NCBI RefSeq assembly: GCF_006345805.1
Contig: NC_042997.1
Span: forward strand, 111,538,001-111,602,000
Length of the DNA: 64,000 nucleotides
DNA from: Octopus sinensis
Lineage: Eukaryota
Direction of reading: 5' to 3'
The notes beneath the pieces are model-generated. The model was not told where the DNA came from and searched no databases. It worked only from the letters and a program-made list of their open reading frames with translations. The position numbers were made by a program, and so were the translations under genes. This document shows, piece by piece, positions 39,025-51,397 of this stretch (the first letter of the stretch is position 1; each line of letters starts with the position of its first letter).

Positions 39025-39550
39025 CAGGGTGGGGCAGAGAGGATGGATGCTTTTAAAAATGGCTATTACTCAGTCCCAGGTGGAGGGACATATGTCCGAC
39101 ATGTACCATTTGGTTTCTGGCGACTTAGCATTTTTTTTGCTTTTTAGGTGAAGGCATGGTGCTGTGGATGGTAGAGCATTGCGTGTTTGCCGATGACAGT
39201 TACGTGAAGAATAATGAGTCTGTCATTCAGTGAAATCAGGCTGTTTCCACCCATAACACAATCTTATGCTGGGTGAATGCACTTCGTATACGAGGTACAC
39301 TAATGAATAGGAGACCAGTGGGGGCAGTCGACAGAGCAATGCTGGAGAGAGTGGAGGTCAGTTTCCAAGAAAACCTTCAGAAATGCATCAATAAAAACGG
39401 ACACCACATGATGGATATTGCTTTCCACATTTGATTTTTGACAAATGCTAATTGAATACAAACATATTGATGTCAGTAAAATTTGTTTGCAGCTAAAATT
39501 AATGATTTTGTGAATTTTTCAAAACTGTCCGTCCTCTCTGCCCCACCCTG
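39025..39550 (+). mobile_element. Internally deleted Tc1/mariner (maT/DD37D-like) transposon
   Basis: TIRs cagggtggggcagagaggatgga / tccgtcctctctgccccaccctg, TA TSD. Remnant N-terminus MVLWMVEHCVFADDSYVKNNESVIQ and C-terminus MLERVEVSFQENLQKCINKNGHHMMDIAFHI*. It splits an RTE-tail copy. Confidence 0.85.
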
Positions 39551-40539
39551 TATTAGGAAGGGTGCACAGACATATGCTGCGGTAGACATTGGAGCAAGAC
39601 ACAGTCCTCTGGCTCGTTGCATCCTGCTGAACTTTCCAACCCAAGCTACATGGAAGACAGACATTGATTATTGATGAGGATTATGATGAGGCACACATAA
39701 AATATATACACACACACACATATATAAATTTTTTTTTCCATAATGAGATAAAAAAAAAGCCAAGGCTGTGTAGATTTTAGAACATTTATAAACAGCTGTT
39801 TCTAGGATATTTATTATATCCCTTCATCAGAGATGGTGTGAGAAGATGGTTAAGCAATAGTTAATTTAGATAAGGTATGAAGTAGAGAGTGATGTGGAGG
39901 AATGAAAATAGATGGGAGATATGCAGGGATATTGTATTTGTATTTAGGCAGAATGGTATACATATAAGATTTCAAAACCTTATGAGTAAAATCCAATAGT
40001 ATTTAAAATTGGTCATTCCAAGTATAGAGTTTATACACAGGGTTATTGAATCAAGGATTTTATTTAAATTTATATATATATATCATCATCATTTAACGTC
40101 CGTTTTCCATGCTAGCATGGGTTGGACGGTTCGACCAGGGTGTGGTAAGCCATGGAGGCTGCACCAGGCTCCAGTCTGATTTGGCAATGTTTCTACAGCT
40201 GGAGGCTTTTCCTAACGCCAACCATACTGAGAGTGTAGTGGGTGTTTTTTACGTGCCACCGGCACAGGGGCCAGAGCAGGCTGGCAAATGGCCACGATTG
40301 GTTGGTGCTTTTACGTGTCACCGACACAGACACCAGTCAGGCAGCGCTAGCATCTGCTATGTTCGGACGGTGCCTTTTTACGTGTCACCGGCACGGGTGT
40401 CTTAACTACAATTTCCATTTGATTTTTATCTGGCATCTGCCACGTTCGGACGGTGCCTTTTTACGTGTCACCGGCACGGGTGTCTTAACTACAATTTCCA
40501 TTTGATTTTTATCTGGCATCTGCCACATTCGGACAGTGC

Positions 40540-40575
<36 letters not shown>

Positions 40576-40897
40576 ATTATGTGAAATAGAAAGATGAATA
40601 ATCTTGTAGTAGATTAATCAAAAGTTTAACCGATACCTTAGTAGCAAAAATCACAGCAGTAAACAGCACGGTTGGAGGTACAACACTCTGGCGTTGCAAC
40701 CGTGCGTTGGTGCGGATAATTGAAATTAAAACATTATTGGTGAATTGAAGAAATGGAGCTGAACGCAGATTGAACAGAAATCGTTTTATTTCATTCTACA
40801 CGTGTTTCGAAAGGCACAAATTACCAAAATCCGATTGAATAATGGGACCATATTGTGTCTTTCTCTTCAGGAAGAAAAAAGGAAATCCGTTGCAAAA

Positions 40898-40997
40898 NNN
40901 NNNNNNNNNNNNNNNNNNNNNNNNNNNNNNNNNNNNNNNNNNNNNNNNNNNNNNNNNNNNNNNNNNNNNNNNNNNNNNNNNNNNNNNNNNNNNNNNN
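40898..40997. other. Assembly gap (100 N)
   Basis: Run of exactly 100 N, typical of an unsized scaffold join. Confidence 0.98.
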
Positions 40998-41419
40998 TGA
41001 TATATAATATACATATAATATAGATACATAAATACATATACATATATATATGATACATATATATATACATACATATATATATATACTCACATATATATAT
41101 ACATGATATAATATATACATATAATATATATATATAACATATATATATATTATATATACATATATATATATAAATAATTTAATCCAAACGGGAAACAAAA
41201 AAACAAACAACAATGGAACAATTACAGTATTATTATTAATAGGCGCTCAGGAAAAGGAAGCGGGAGGGTATGACGTTTCGAGCGGAGCTCTTCGTCGGAG
41301 GAAACATTAAAGAAGGAAGAGAGAGGAAGAAAGAAAGATCCCAGAGCGGGCACAGGGAAAGAGAAAAAAGACGACTGGTGTTTACGAGTTGCACATGGTG
41401 AAAGGCGGATGTTTACGAA

Positions 41420-44040
41420 AACAGAGCAAAGTGGGTTTTTAAAGGCAAAAGAGTGGAGACAAGGTGGTAACGCAACAGATGTGTGTGTATGTGTGTGCGT
41501 GTGCGTGTGTGTATGTGGTGTGTGAGGCGAGATGAAAAAACAAAAAAATATATGTGTGTTAGTGTGTGCGTCTGTGTGTAGGCGTGTGAGGTAGGGCGAG
41601 ATAGTGGTCAGCTTAGCAGACAAAGGTCAGTAGTAAGAAAAAGAAGGAAGGAGGAAGGAGGGAGGGGGAAGGGGTGGGGGCGTATGTAGCGTGCCAGCGT
41701 TTGTTGAGTAGTAGTGTGTGTGTGTGTCCAGTGTCGTGGTGGTATAAATGGCGAGTAGATTGAATGTGTGTAAGAGTAATGTATATATTTAGCAATGTGT
41801 GTATATGTGTGCGCGTGTGTGTGTAACGAAAAAGGGGGGGGTTAAGGAAAAAGGACTCCAGCTGAGGGGAAGATGGAAGAGTGGTCCCGCGGAGGGGCGT
41901 GGGAAAACCCAACGACACGCGACGGTCCCAGGAACGGGCGGGAGGTCTTGTCGGTTCCAAGAGCGAGGTGCCTGCGGAGCGTATGCGTACGCGAACCGGC
42001 GCAAGCGCGTGCGTGCGCGAGCCTGCGAGTATGTGGCGTAAGTATGTATGTGTGTGGATGTGTGAGTGTGTCTGTGTGTATGTCGGGTGGCAGTGTGTCC
42101 GATGAATGTATGTGAGTATGTGTGTATGTGTGTGTGCATAGATGTATGTCCGTGTGTGTGGTGTGTGTGTATGTGTGTGAGTGTGTATGTATGTACGTGT
42201 GGGTGTGGGGAAGTGTGTGTATGTGCATGTGTGTGCGCGTACATACAGGTGTGTGAGTGAGTGTGTGTGTATGTATGTGTGAGTGTGTATGTATGTGTGT
42301 GTAGGATGCATGTATGTGTATGGGTGTATGTATGCGTGTGTGTATGTATGTATGTGTACGTGCGTGTGTGTGTGTATGCGTGTAGGTGTGCGCGTGTGCA
42401 TGCATGCATGCATGCATGTGCGTATGTGTGTGTGTGTGCATGTGTGTGGGTATATATGTATGTGCGTATATGTGTGTGTGTGTGTGCGTACATGTGTGTG
42501 TGTGTGTATGCATGTGTGTGTATGTAGGTGTGTGGGCGTGTGTGTATAGGTGTATGTATGTAAGTATGTATGGGTGTGTGTCGTGTATGTGTGTATGTAT
42601 GTGTGTATGTAGGTGTGTGGGCGTGTGTGTATATGTGTGTGTATGTAGGTGTGTGGGCGTGTGTATATAGGTGTATGTGTGTATGTCTGGGTGTGTCCGT
42701 GCATGTTTGTGTGTGTGTGTGTATGCATGTGTATGTAGTGTGTGTGTACGTGTGTAATGTATGTGTGTATGCGTGTGTATGCGTGCGTGTGTGTATGTAG
42801 GGTGCGTGTGTTGTGTGTGGGAGTGTAGGTGTGTGTGTGCGTGTGCGTGTGCGTTGTTTATGTGGTGTGTGCGTATGTGAGTGTGAGTGTATGGGTGTTT
42901 GTCATGCATGTGTGTGCGCGTGCAGGTGAGTGTGTGTGTAAGTATGTGTGTGTGTATGTTTGTGTGAGTGTGTATGTGTGTATGTCTGTGTATGTATGTG
43001 CGTATAGGAGTATGTGGTATGTGTGTGTGTATGTATATGGGTGTATGTATGTATGTGTGTGTGTGTGCATGTGTATAAGTATATGTGTGGGGCGTATGTG
43101 TGTATATGTGTATGGGTGTGTGTTTTATGTATGTGTGTATGTATGTGTGTAGGCGTGTGTGTGTGATGTATGTATGGGTGGTGTCCGTGTGTTTGTGTGT
43201 GTGTGTAAGGTAGATGTGTGTGTTGTGTGTGTGTATGAGTGAGGGTATGGCTGTTGTGTAGGTGTGTGTGTGTATGTCTGACGTAGGTATGTATGTGTAT
43301 GTATGTATGTGTGTGGTGTGTGCAGGTATGTGTGTGTATGTGTGTGTGTGAGTAGGTGTGCGTGTATGTATGTGGGTAGGGATGCATGCGAGTGTGTGGG
43401 TAGGTATGTATGCATACATACGCACGCACATCCGAAGCAAGCCCACACACACGAAGCGCGCCCACGCACACAACGCACAAGCAGTACAACGCAAGCCCAA
43501 GGGGCCGACCAAGCCCCCAGCGCGCGCCAAGGCGCGCGAGCGCAAAGGCCCTCGAACGCCCCGCTACGCGGGAACCGAGGATCCATCAGCCAAAACCGGA
43601 AAGCAGAAAAGAGGGGGCTGCCTGGATGCAAAAAGGTGTATGTGTGTGTGCATTCAGTGTAAGGGTGTGCATGTGTAGGTATGTATGTATGTATGTGCCT
43701 ACATGTATGTTTGCATGTGTGTGTGTGAAGTATGTACGTGCGGTGTGTGTGTGTGAGTGTATGTATGTGCGTATGTATGTGTGTGTGTATGTGTGTATGT
43801 GTCTGTGTGTGTGTTGTGTGTGTGTAAGTATGTATGTGTGTGCGTATGTATGTATGTGTGTGTGTATGTGCATGTTGGTTTGTATGTTAGTGTGTGTTAG
43901 TATGTCTGTAAGTGTGTGTGATTAAATGTGTGAATGTATGTACGTAGATGGGTCTACGTATGTGTGTGTGTGAACAGGCGTGTGGGAGGTAGGTGGGGGG
44001 TGGGGGGGAGGGGAGGTGGGTGGGTGTGTGTGTGTGGTGG
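41420..44040. repeat. Long degenerate (TG/TATG)n microsatellite field with GC-rich interruptions
   Basis: Visible low-complexity sequence; produces the spurious His/Thr and Cys/Val ORFs. Confidence 0.95.
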
Positions 44041-44094
44041 TGTCCACAAAAAAAAAAAAAAAAAAAAAACGAATCTCAAGAGGAGGGGGCTGTG

Positions 44095-47045
44095 TTAAGT
44101 CCGTGTGGTGGTGGTAGTTTGTAGGGTGAAGATGTAGCGTTGCTCCAAGTGGAGCCTGGAAAGTGGGCGACCATGGTGGGGGGCGAGACCAAACACTGAG
44201 ATGTCATCTAGGGAATGGCCGGCGCGGAAGAAGTGGCGTGCGACGGGAGAAAGAGAGTGTAGGCGAACGTCCCTCAAGTGTTCAGTGAAACGGTCGGACA
44301 ACCGGCGTCCCGTCTGTCCTACATACAGCATCCCGCATAGGTTGCATTTAATGCAGTAAATAAGGCCAGACGAGGTGCACGTAAAAGAGTGCCTAATGCG
44401 TACAGTGTGCAGGTTGGAGCCGGTGACAGCGGTGGTGTTGGTGATGAAGGGGCAAGTGTTGCACGGGATCTAGAGCAAGGGAATGATCCGTGTGGGCTGA
44501 GGGGGAAGGAGAGAGGGTGCTGTGGACCAGGAGGTCACGCAGATTGCGGGCTCGTTTGAAAGAGGACAGGGGTAGGTTAGGGAAAATGGGGCGGGTGGTG
44601 GGATCAAGCTGGAGGCGACGGAAGGCACGTAGTATCTTGCGACGAAGGGGTAGGGTAGAGGGGGGTGGAAAAGGAGGGGGAAGGGGGGTGCGGTTGGGGG
44701 TGGGCGGGGGGAAGGAGACAGGGCGGTAGTGCGGTCGAGTGCGATGCGCGGGCGGGTGAGGGCATCAGAGAGGAGTATGGGTGGGTAACCTCGGAGTCTG
44801 AACATGCGGGCCAGGTATTGAGATTGGGTCTCGAAATCCTGGTCGCGGCTGCACAAACGTCGGAGGCGGAGGAACTGGGAGTAGGGGATGGCTCGTTTGG
44901 TGTGGAAGGGGTGGGAGGAAGAGAAGTTGAGATAGAGGTGGGAATCCGTAGGTTTAAAAAAGGCGGTGGTGGTGAGAGAGCTGGAGGGGTGATCGATGCG
45001 GAGAGAGATGTCAAGGAAGTTGACAGAGGTGTTGGAGATGGTGGAGGTGAATTGAAGAGGGGGTGAAAGTTGGAAAGGAAAGAGATGAATTGGCAGAGAA
45101 GTTCGCGGGAAAGGGAGGTGGCACCTACGCAGTCGTCGATATAGCGACCGTATAGTTCGGGGGTCGGCCCAGAGAACTGGGAGAACACTTGGGCCTCAAT
45201 GTAGCCAAGAAAGAGATTGGCGAAATTGGGGCCCATCCTAGTTCCCATCGCGACCCCGGACACTTGTTGGTACGTTTCCCCGGCGAACGTGAAGCAATTG
45301 AGGGTGAGGACGAGCTCAGCCAACCGGAAGAAGGGTGGGGGTGCTGGGGGTGGGGTCGGGACGACGGTCGAGGAAGTGTTGGAGGGCTAGGAGACCGTCA
45401 TTGTGGGGAATCACTGTGTACAGGGATTTTACATCTAAAGTGAAGAGGAGGTGTGAGGGGCTGGAAGGGAAGGAAAAGGAATTGAAGAGACGGAGGGCGT
45501 GGTTGGTGTCGTGTATGTGGGATGGGAGGGCTGCGACTAAGGGGGACAGGATGCGGTCGAGGGTCGAGGTATAGGGAGATGAGTTCAGTGGGGCAATTAC
45601 AGGCAGAGACTATGGGACGGCCAGGATTAGAGGGTTTATGGATCTTGGGAAGGAAGTAGATGGTGGAGGTGCGGGGTGTGCGGACGATGAGGTTGGTGGC
45701 GGTGAGGGGGAGAGCGGAGGAGGAGATGAGGTCGTGGATGGTGGAGGACACTCGCTGTTGGTAGGAGGAGGTGGGATCGGAGGGGAGGAGGCGATAGAAG
45801 AGTGGATTTTGAAGCTGGTTGAGCGCTTCCTCCCTGTATAGGTCCGCGCGCCACACTACCACTGCCCCGCCTTTGTCCGCCGGTTTGATGACAATGTCAT
45901 CACGACGGCGGAGGTGGCGAAGTGGCAATGGATTCGGCCCGAGTGAGGTTGGCTCGGCGGGGTCTTGGTGCAAAGTTGAAACGGTGGACCAAAGCGTTAC
46001 AGTCATGTACAAACGAATCTAGGCTACTGAAAAGGCCTGGGGGCGGCGTCCAGATGGATGGACGACGCCCCAGCTCCAAAAGGCAATCCTGATTGTTGTG
46101 ACGCTGCGGGGACGCGTGGTAGTATGCGCGAAGTTTGAGGCGGCGCAGGAACAGGTTGACGTCCGCCCGAGTCTCGAACTCATCACAGTGGCGCGTGAGT
46201 GGCGTGAAGCGGAGACCCTTACTGAGGAGGGAGCGTTCAGCGGCGGAGAGGGGGAGGTGGGGGGTATAGTGACAACAGCGCGAGGAAGCGGGGGGTGGGA
46301 GGACTAGGGGCAGGGCGGAGGGGGTGCAGGGGTGTGAAGGGGAGGGTAGGGGTGGTTGGGTGAAGATGGGTTAGGCGTAGGAAGGTCACGGTGGGGTGTG
46401 TGGGTCCGTGGAAGGGTGGGGTAGGTGCGAAGGAGGGGGGGAACAGTGGGGGGGATGGGGAAGGGGGTGAGGGTTGAGGAGGAGGAGGAGTTTTTTGTTT
46501 TTTGTGTGTGTGAGGTGGTTGTAGAGTTGGTGGTTGAGATTAAGAATGAAGCGGAGGATAGGTGGGTGAAGTGTGGAGGGCAGAGGGCGGAGAGAAGGAG
46601 GTAGGCCTGGGGAAGTTGATGGTCGAGGGAGTCAAGGAGGGGGCGGGTGGAGCGGATGGTGGCGCGGAGGAGGGAGCGGGAGGTACGAGCGAGGGTGAGT
46701 TCGATGAAGGGGGAGGAATAGGGGGTAGCGTGGAACTTCAAGAGGAACCCGGGGGTGTGACATGATGGCGGAGGCACCGGCTAAGAAAGGAAAGATGACT
46801 CGAGTGGCGGGTTTTCTTAAAAAGCAGCGGGAAAGTTTTATAGCAGGTGCGGAACATTGTGGGGGGAAGAACGCGAGGTAGCGGCTGAGGAGGGATTGAA
46901 GGTGTTGGACGAACGAGTGCAAGTCAGGCATGATGAGAAGTGGTGGCAAACAGGTAAAGGTGGGTGGTGGCGAAACAGGAAAAAGGAGAGACAACAGGAA
47001 AACAACGAAAGAAGAAAACGGGTGAAGACGGTTTGAAAACAATAG
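44095..47045 (-). mobile_element. Penelope-like element, Neptune-type, near full-length ORF with frameshifts (RT + GIY-YIG endonuclease)
   Basis: Fragments in order: LSKGLRFTP..FLRRLKLRAYY; IKPADKGGAVVVW; YFLPKIHKPSNPGRPIVSAC; LDVKSLYTVIPH; GVAMGTRMGPNFANLF; RYIDD; C-x2-C linker; YCIKCNLCGMLYVGQTGRRLSDRFTEH...EQRYIFTLQT. Confidence 0.92.
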
Positions 47046-47194
47046 AAAAAAGTTGAAAAAAGTCAGGAAAGAGATTTGAGAGTCAACGGACAGATTAGGT
47101 AATGATTTTCAATCACGGTAATGGTGGTACTCCGGAAGAAGGTTGCGGGTGATCCGTAGGTCAGGAAGAATGGTAACAATAATCCGTAGGTGCA

Positions 47195-47274
47195 AATATA
47201 TATATAATACATATATATATATACATATACATATATATATATATACATATACATATATATATATATATATACTA

Positions 47275-47310
<36 letters not shown>

Positions 47311-47406
47311 CATACATATATATATATACATATACATATATATATACATATATATATATATACATATAATATATATATATATACATATACATATATATAC
47401 ATATAC

Positions 47407-47490
<84 letters not shown>

Positions 47491-47541
47491 ATACATATAC
47501 ATATATATATATATATACCATATATATATATATACATATAC

Positions 47542-47575
<34 letters not shown>

Positions 47576-47621
47576 ATACATATACATATATACATATATA
47601 TATACATATACATATATATAC

Positions 47622-47684
<63 letters not shown>

Positions 47685-47685
47685 T
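47195..47685. repeat. (TA)n/(TATACA)n microsatellite
   Basis: Direct inspection. Confidence 0.97.
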
Positions 47686-48444
47686 ACACATCATCATTGT
47701 TTAATGTCCATCTTCCATGCATGCCTAGGTAGGATGGTTGACAGGGTTTAATTCTCCTACCCCACCATCTTAATACTGTTATTCCTTTTAGTAGAAAGGT
47801 AAAATATTTCCAAAAATTCTACTTAAAAGTCTCAATCCTTTCCAGTCCAGAAACCTACCACCACTTCAGCCATTTTGTGTGTAACAATGAAATATTATTG
47901 CACCCAAAAAAGCCATCAAAGAAACCTATGTGGTTACTCAAACTGCAAGAAATAGTAGCAGCTAAATATCCCTCACATTACATCCTACTGTCTTGAATTA
48001 GGAACAGATAAATTTCATATAGTAATACTATATTCTTAAAAAGACAGGATAGACCTGGTTGGAACACAATTCGTGATTCTCCAACTCATGAATAACAGAG
48101 AAGTAAATAACAGTCTTAATGGGCTGATTTCAAAAGAGACAAAGCTATATACTCCCATCAGGAGGCCATGGCCATGCTGGGGTACAACTATTAAAACATT
48201 TACTAAATAATGAAATGGAGTTGGAACCAGATTCCTTGCATAGTAGGCAAACATAATACCAAGTATACCACAATGTGTAAGAAGAGGAATGGGTTATTAA
48301 ATATATGTAGCAGTGTGGTAAAATATAATGGAAAACTCAGTTTTGAGGGAGTTCAGGGAAACACAGTTGAAACTGAAACACTAACGGTGATCACATGCAA
48401 ATTGCAGGGCAATTAAGATTAAAACAAAGAGTAACTCACTCAAT

Positions 48445-49900
48445 GTGGAAAGAGAAAATGGGGTAACATAGAAAGAGCAAATGGAGTAACATGGAAAGAG
48501 CAAATGGAGTAACATGGAAAGAGCAAATGGAGTAACATGGAAAGAGCAAATGGGTTAGCATGGAAAGAGCAAATGGGTTAGCACGGAAATAGCAAATGGG
48601 TTAGCACGGAAAGAGCAAATGGGTTAGCAGGAAAAGAGCAAATGGGTTAGCACGGAAAGAGCAAATGGGTTAGTACGGAAAGAGCAACTGGGTTAGCACG
48701 GAAAGATCAAATGGGTTAGCACGGAAAGATCAAGTGGGTTAGCACGGAAAGATCAAATGGGTTAGCATGGAAAGAGCAAATGGGGTAGCATGGAAAGAGC
48801 AAATGGGTTAGCATGGAAAGAGCAAATGGGTTAGCATGGTAAGAGCAAATAGGTTAGCACAGAAAGAGCAAATAGGTTAGCACTGAAAGAGCAAATGGGT
48901 TAGCATGGAAAGAGAAAATGGGTTAGCATTGAAAGAGCAAATGGGTTAGCATGGAAAGAGCAAATGGGTTAGCATGGAAAGAGCAAATGGGTTAGCACGG
49001 AAAGAGCAAGTGGATTAGCATGGAAAGAGCAAGTGGGCTAGCATGGAAACAGTATGTGGGGTAACATTTAAACAAGAACGTAAATAACACAGAAATGGTA
49101 ATGCAGTTGACATTGAAATAGTAAATGGGTTAACATCAATGTATTTAACTTTAAAACAGTAACACAGTTAACATCAAAACAAAAGTGGGTTAAGATGATA
49201 AAATTGAGTGGATGAACATTGAAATGGTGACTGGGTTAGCATCAAAACAGCAATACAGGTATCATAAATAAAGTGGTGCAGTTAATACTGAAACAGCGAC
49301 GGGGATAACATGGAAACAATGGTTGGGATAACTTGAAAATGATGACTATGATAATTTTGAAACGACGAATGGGATAATTTCAAAATGACAACTGAGATAA
49401 TTTCAGAACAATGATGAGTAACTTTGAAATGCTGACTGGGCAAACTCCAAAACGCTGACTGGGCAAACTTCGAAACGCTGACTGGGCAAACTCCGAAATG
49501 CTGACTGGGCAAACTCTGAAACGCTGACTGGGCAAACTTCAAAAGCATGACGGGGATAACTTTGAAATAACTAGGATACCTTCAAAACAACGAATGGGAT
49601 AACTTCCAAAACAATGAAAGACATAACATGGAAACGACGACTGGGATATGAAAAAGACAACGGTGATAAAATGGAAACATTGGAAGGCCAAATCGCTTGA
49701 GATCATAACACCCACATAACTAACACGGAAGCAATAATAGAGCTAACAACCAAAAGAGTGACACAGTTAAAACTAGTCATTGATTCAGTGAACACAGAAA
49801 TAGTGAAGCAGTGAATAAGGAAAGAGCAATGCAGAGAAACAGTGACTGGATTAACATTGGAAAAGCAGCAGTTAACAAAGAAACAATAGAACAACCTTTA
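48445..49900. repeat. 23-bp minisatellite with homogeneous sub-arrays and a degenerate continuation
   Basis: gagcaaatgggttagcatggaaa x~26 (48445-49050); gctgactgggcaaactccgaaac x~5 (49430-49540); diverged 23-mers between and after. Confidence 0.9.
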
Positions 49901-50154
49901 AAATAGCGATTGGCTTAGTATAAGAGGCATACAATTTATTTTCAATACTAAATGAAAATATTAAAATGAAGACAGCTTCAAAGTTAATGTAAGAGTGACT
50001 GGGTGAACATGGAAAGAGTGACAAGGATAAGATAGGAAGAGTGACAGGGTTAAGAACGACAGTAAAAGACTGAAAAAGAGGTGCATATAAGAAGAGTGAA
50101 GCAGTTTGAGAGATTGAAATAGTTATTACTGAAGGAGTAAAAGAGATGATAGTG

Positions 50155-50645
50155 AAAGGGAGAAGAGCAGTGAACAGTAAAAGGGAGAAGAGCAGTGAAC
50201 AGTGAAAGAGAGAAGAGCAGTGAACAGTGAAAGAGAGAAGAGCAGTGAACAGTGAAAGAGAGAAGAGCAGTGAACAGTGAAAGAGAGAAGAGCAGTGAAC
50301 AGTGAAAGAGAGAAGAGCAGTGAACAGTGAAAGAGAGAAGAGCAGTGAACAGTGAAAGAGAGAAGAGCAGTGAACAGTGAAAGAGAGAAGAGCAGTGAAC
50401 AGTGAAAGAGAGAAGAGCAGTGAACAGTGAAAGAGAGAAGAGCAGTGAACAGTGAAAGAGAGAAGAGCAGTGAACAGTGAAAGAGAGAAGAGCAGTGAAC
50501 ACTGAAAGAGAGAACCAGTCAACACTGAAAGAGAGAACCAGTCAACACTGAAAGAGAGAACCAGTCAACACTGAAAGAGAACCAGTGATCACCGAAAGAA
50601 AGAAGCAGTCAACATAGAAAGAGAAGAGCAGTGAACACTGAAACA
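50155..50645. repeat. 25-bp minisatellite (tgaacagtgaaagagagaagagcag)n
   Basis: About 14 perfect copies followed by variant copies. Confidence 0.95.
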
Positions 50646-51093
50646 GCAAAACAGTTAACATGGAGACAGCAATCTATCGGAATCTGAAACAATAACATGT
50701 TTAACATTAGAACAGCAATGTAGTTAACACTGCAACAGTATCACAGTGAATGAGCAATGCAGTTAACATCGAAACAAAACTGCAGTTAATAGTCAAAGAA
50801 TGGGCTGAAGCCAAAACAAAGTATGATGATGTTGGTTGAATAAACTTGCAAATGGCAATAGGGTTGGGGATGATCTGAAATCACATTTATAACAGAAGAA
50901 ACAAAGAAATTCTTCAACTCTAAACCTGTAAGTTGCAAGCATGGCTGTGTGGTTGAGAAGCTTGCTTCCCAACCATGTGGTTCTGGGTTCAGTCCAACTG
51001 TGTAGCATAGGACAAGTGTCTTCTACAACAGCTCAAGACTTACCAATGCTTTCTGAGTTGAATTTAGAAACTGAAAGCAGCACGTCATACATG

Positions 51094-51125
<32 letters not shown>

Positions 51126-51397
51126 TATATACATACACACACACATATATATATATGCATAAACATAAGCTGGCATGGATTGGCCTGTTTGACAGGGGTC
51201 TGGGAAGCCAAGAGGCGTCACCAGGCTCCTGTCTGATCTGACAGTGTTTCTACAGCTGGATACCCTTTGTAACACCAACCATTCTGAGAGTGTAGTGGGT
51301 GGCTTTTATGTGCCACCGACACAGGGGCCAGAGGGACAGGCATTGGCCATGATTGGATGGTGCTTTTTACATGCCACTGGCACAGGAGCCAGTCAAG

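Noticed and set aside
41613-43925. Long ORFs (up to 567 aa) rich in H/T/Y or C/V/M
   Set aside because: Translations of (TG)/(CA) microsatellites, with no domain content.
47063-47751. I/Y-rich ORFs (also 22859-23241)
   Set aside because: (TA)n has no stop codons in some frames; artefact.
49872-50525. Repetitive 217-aa ORF
   Set aside because: A 25-bp period is not codon-compatible; minisatellite.
51170-51397. Opposite-strand RTE tail abutting the RTE body, suggesting twin-priming 5' inversion
   Set aside because: The inverted part is 3'-tail sequence rather than upstream ORF sequence, so two independent insertions are more likely.
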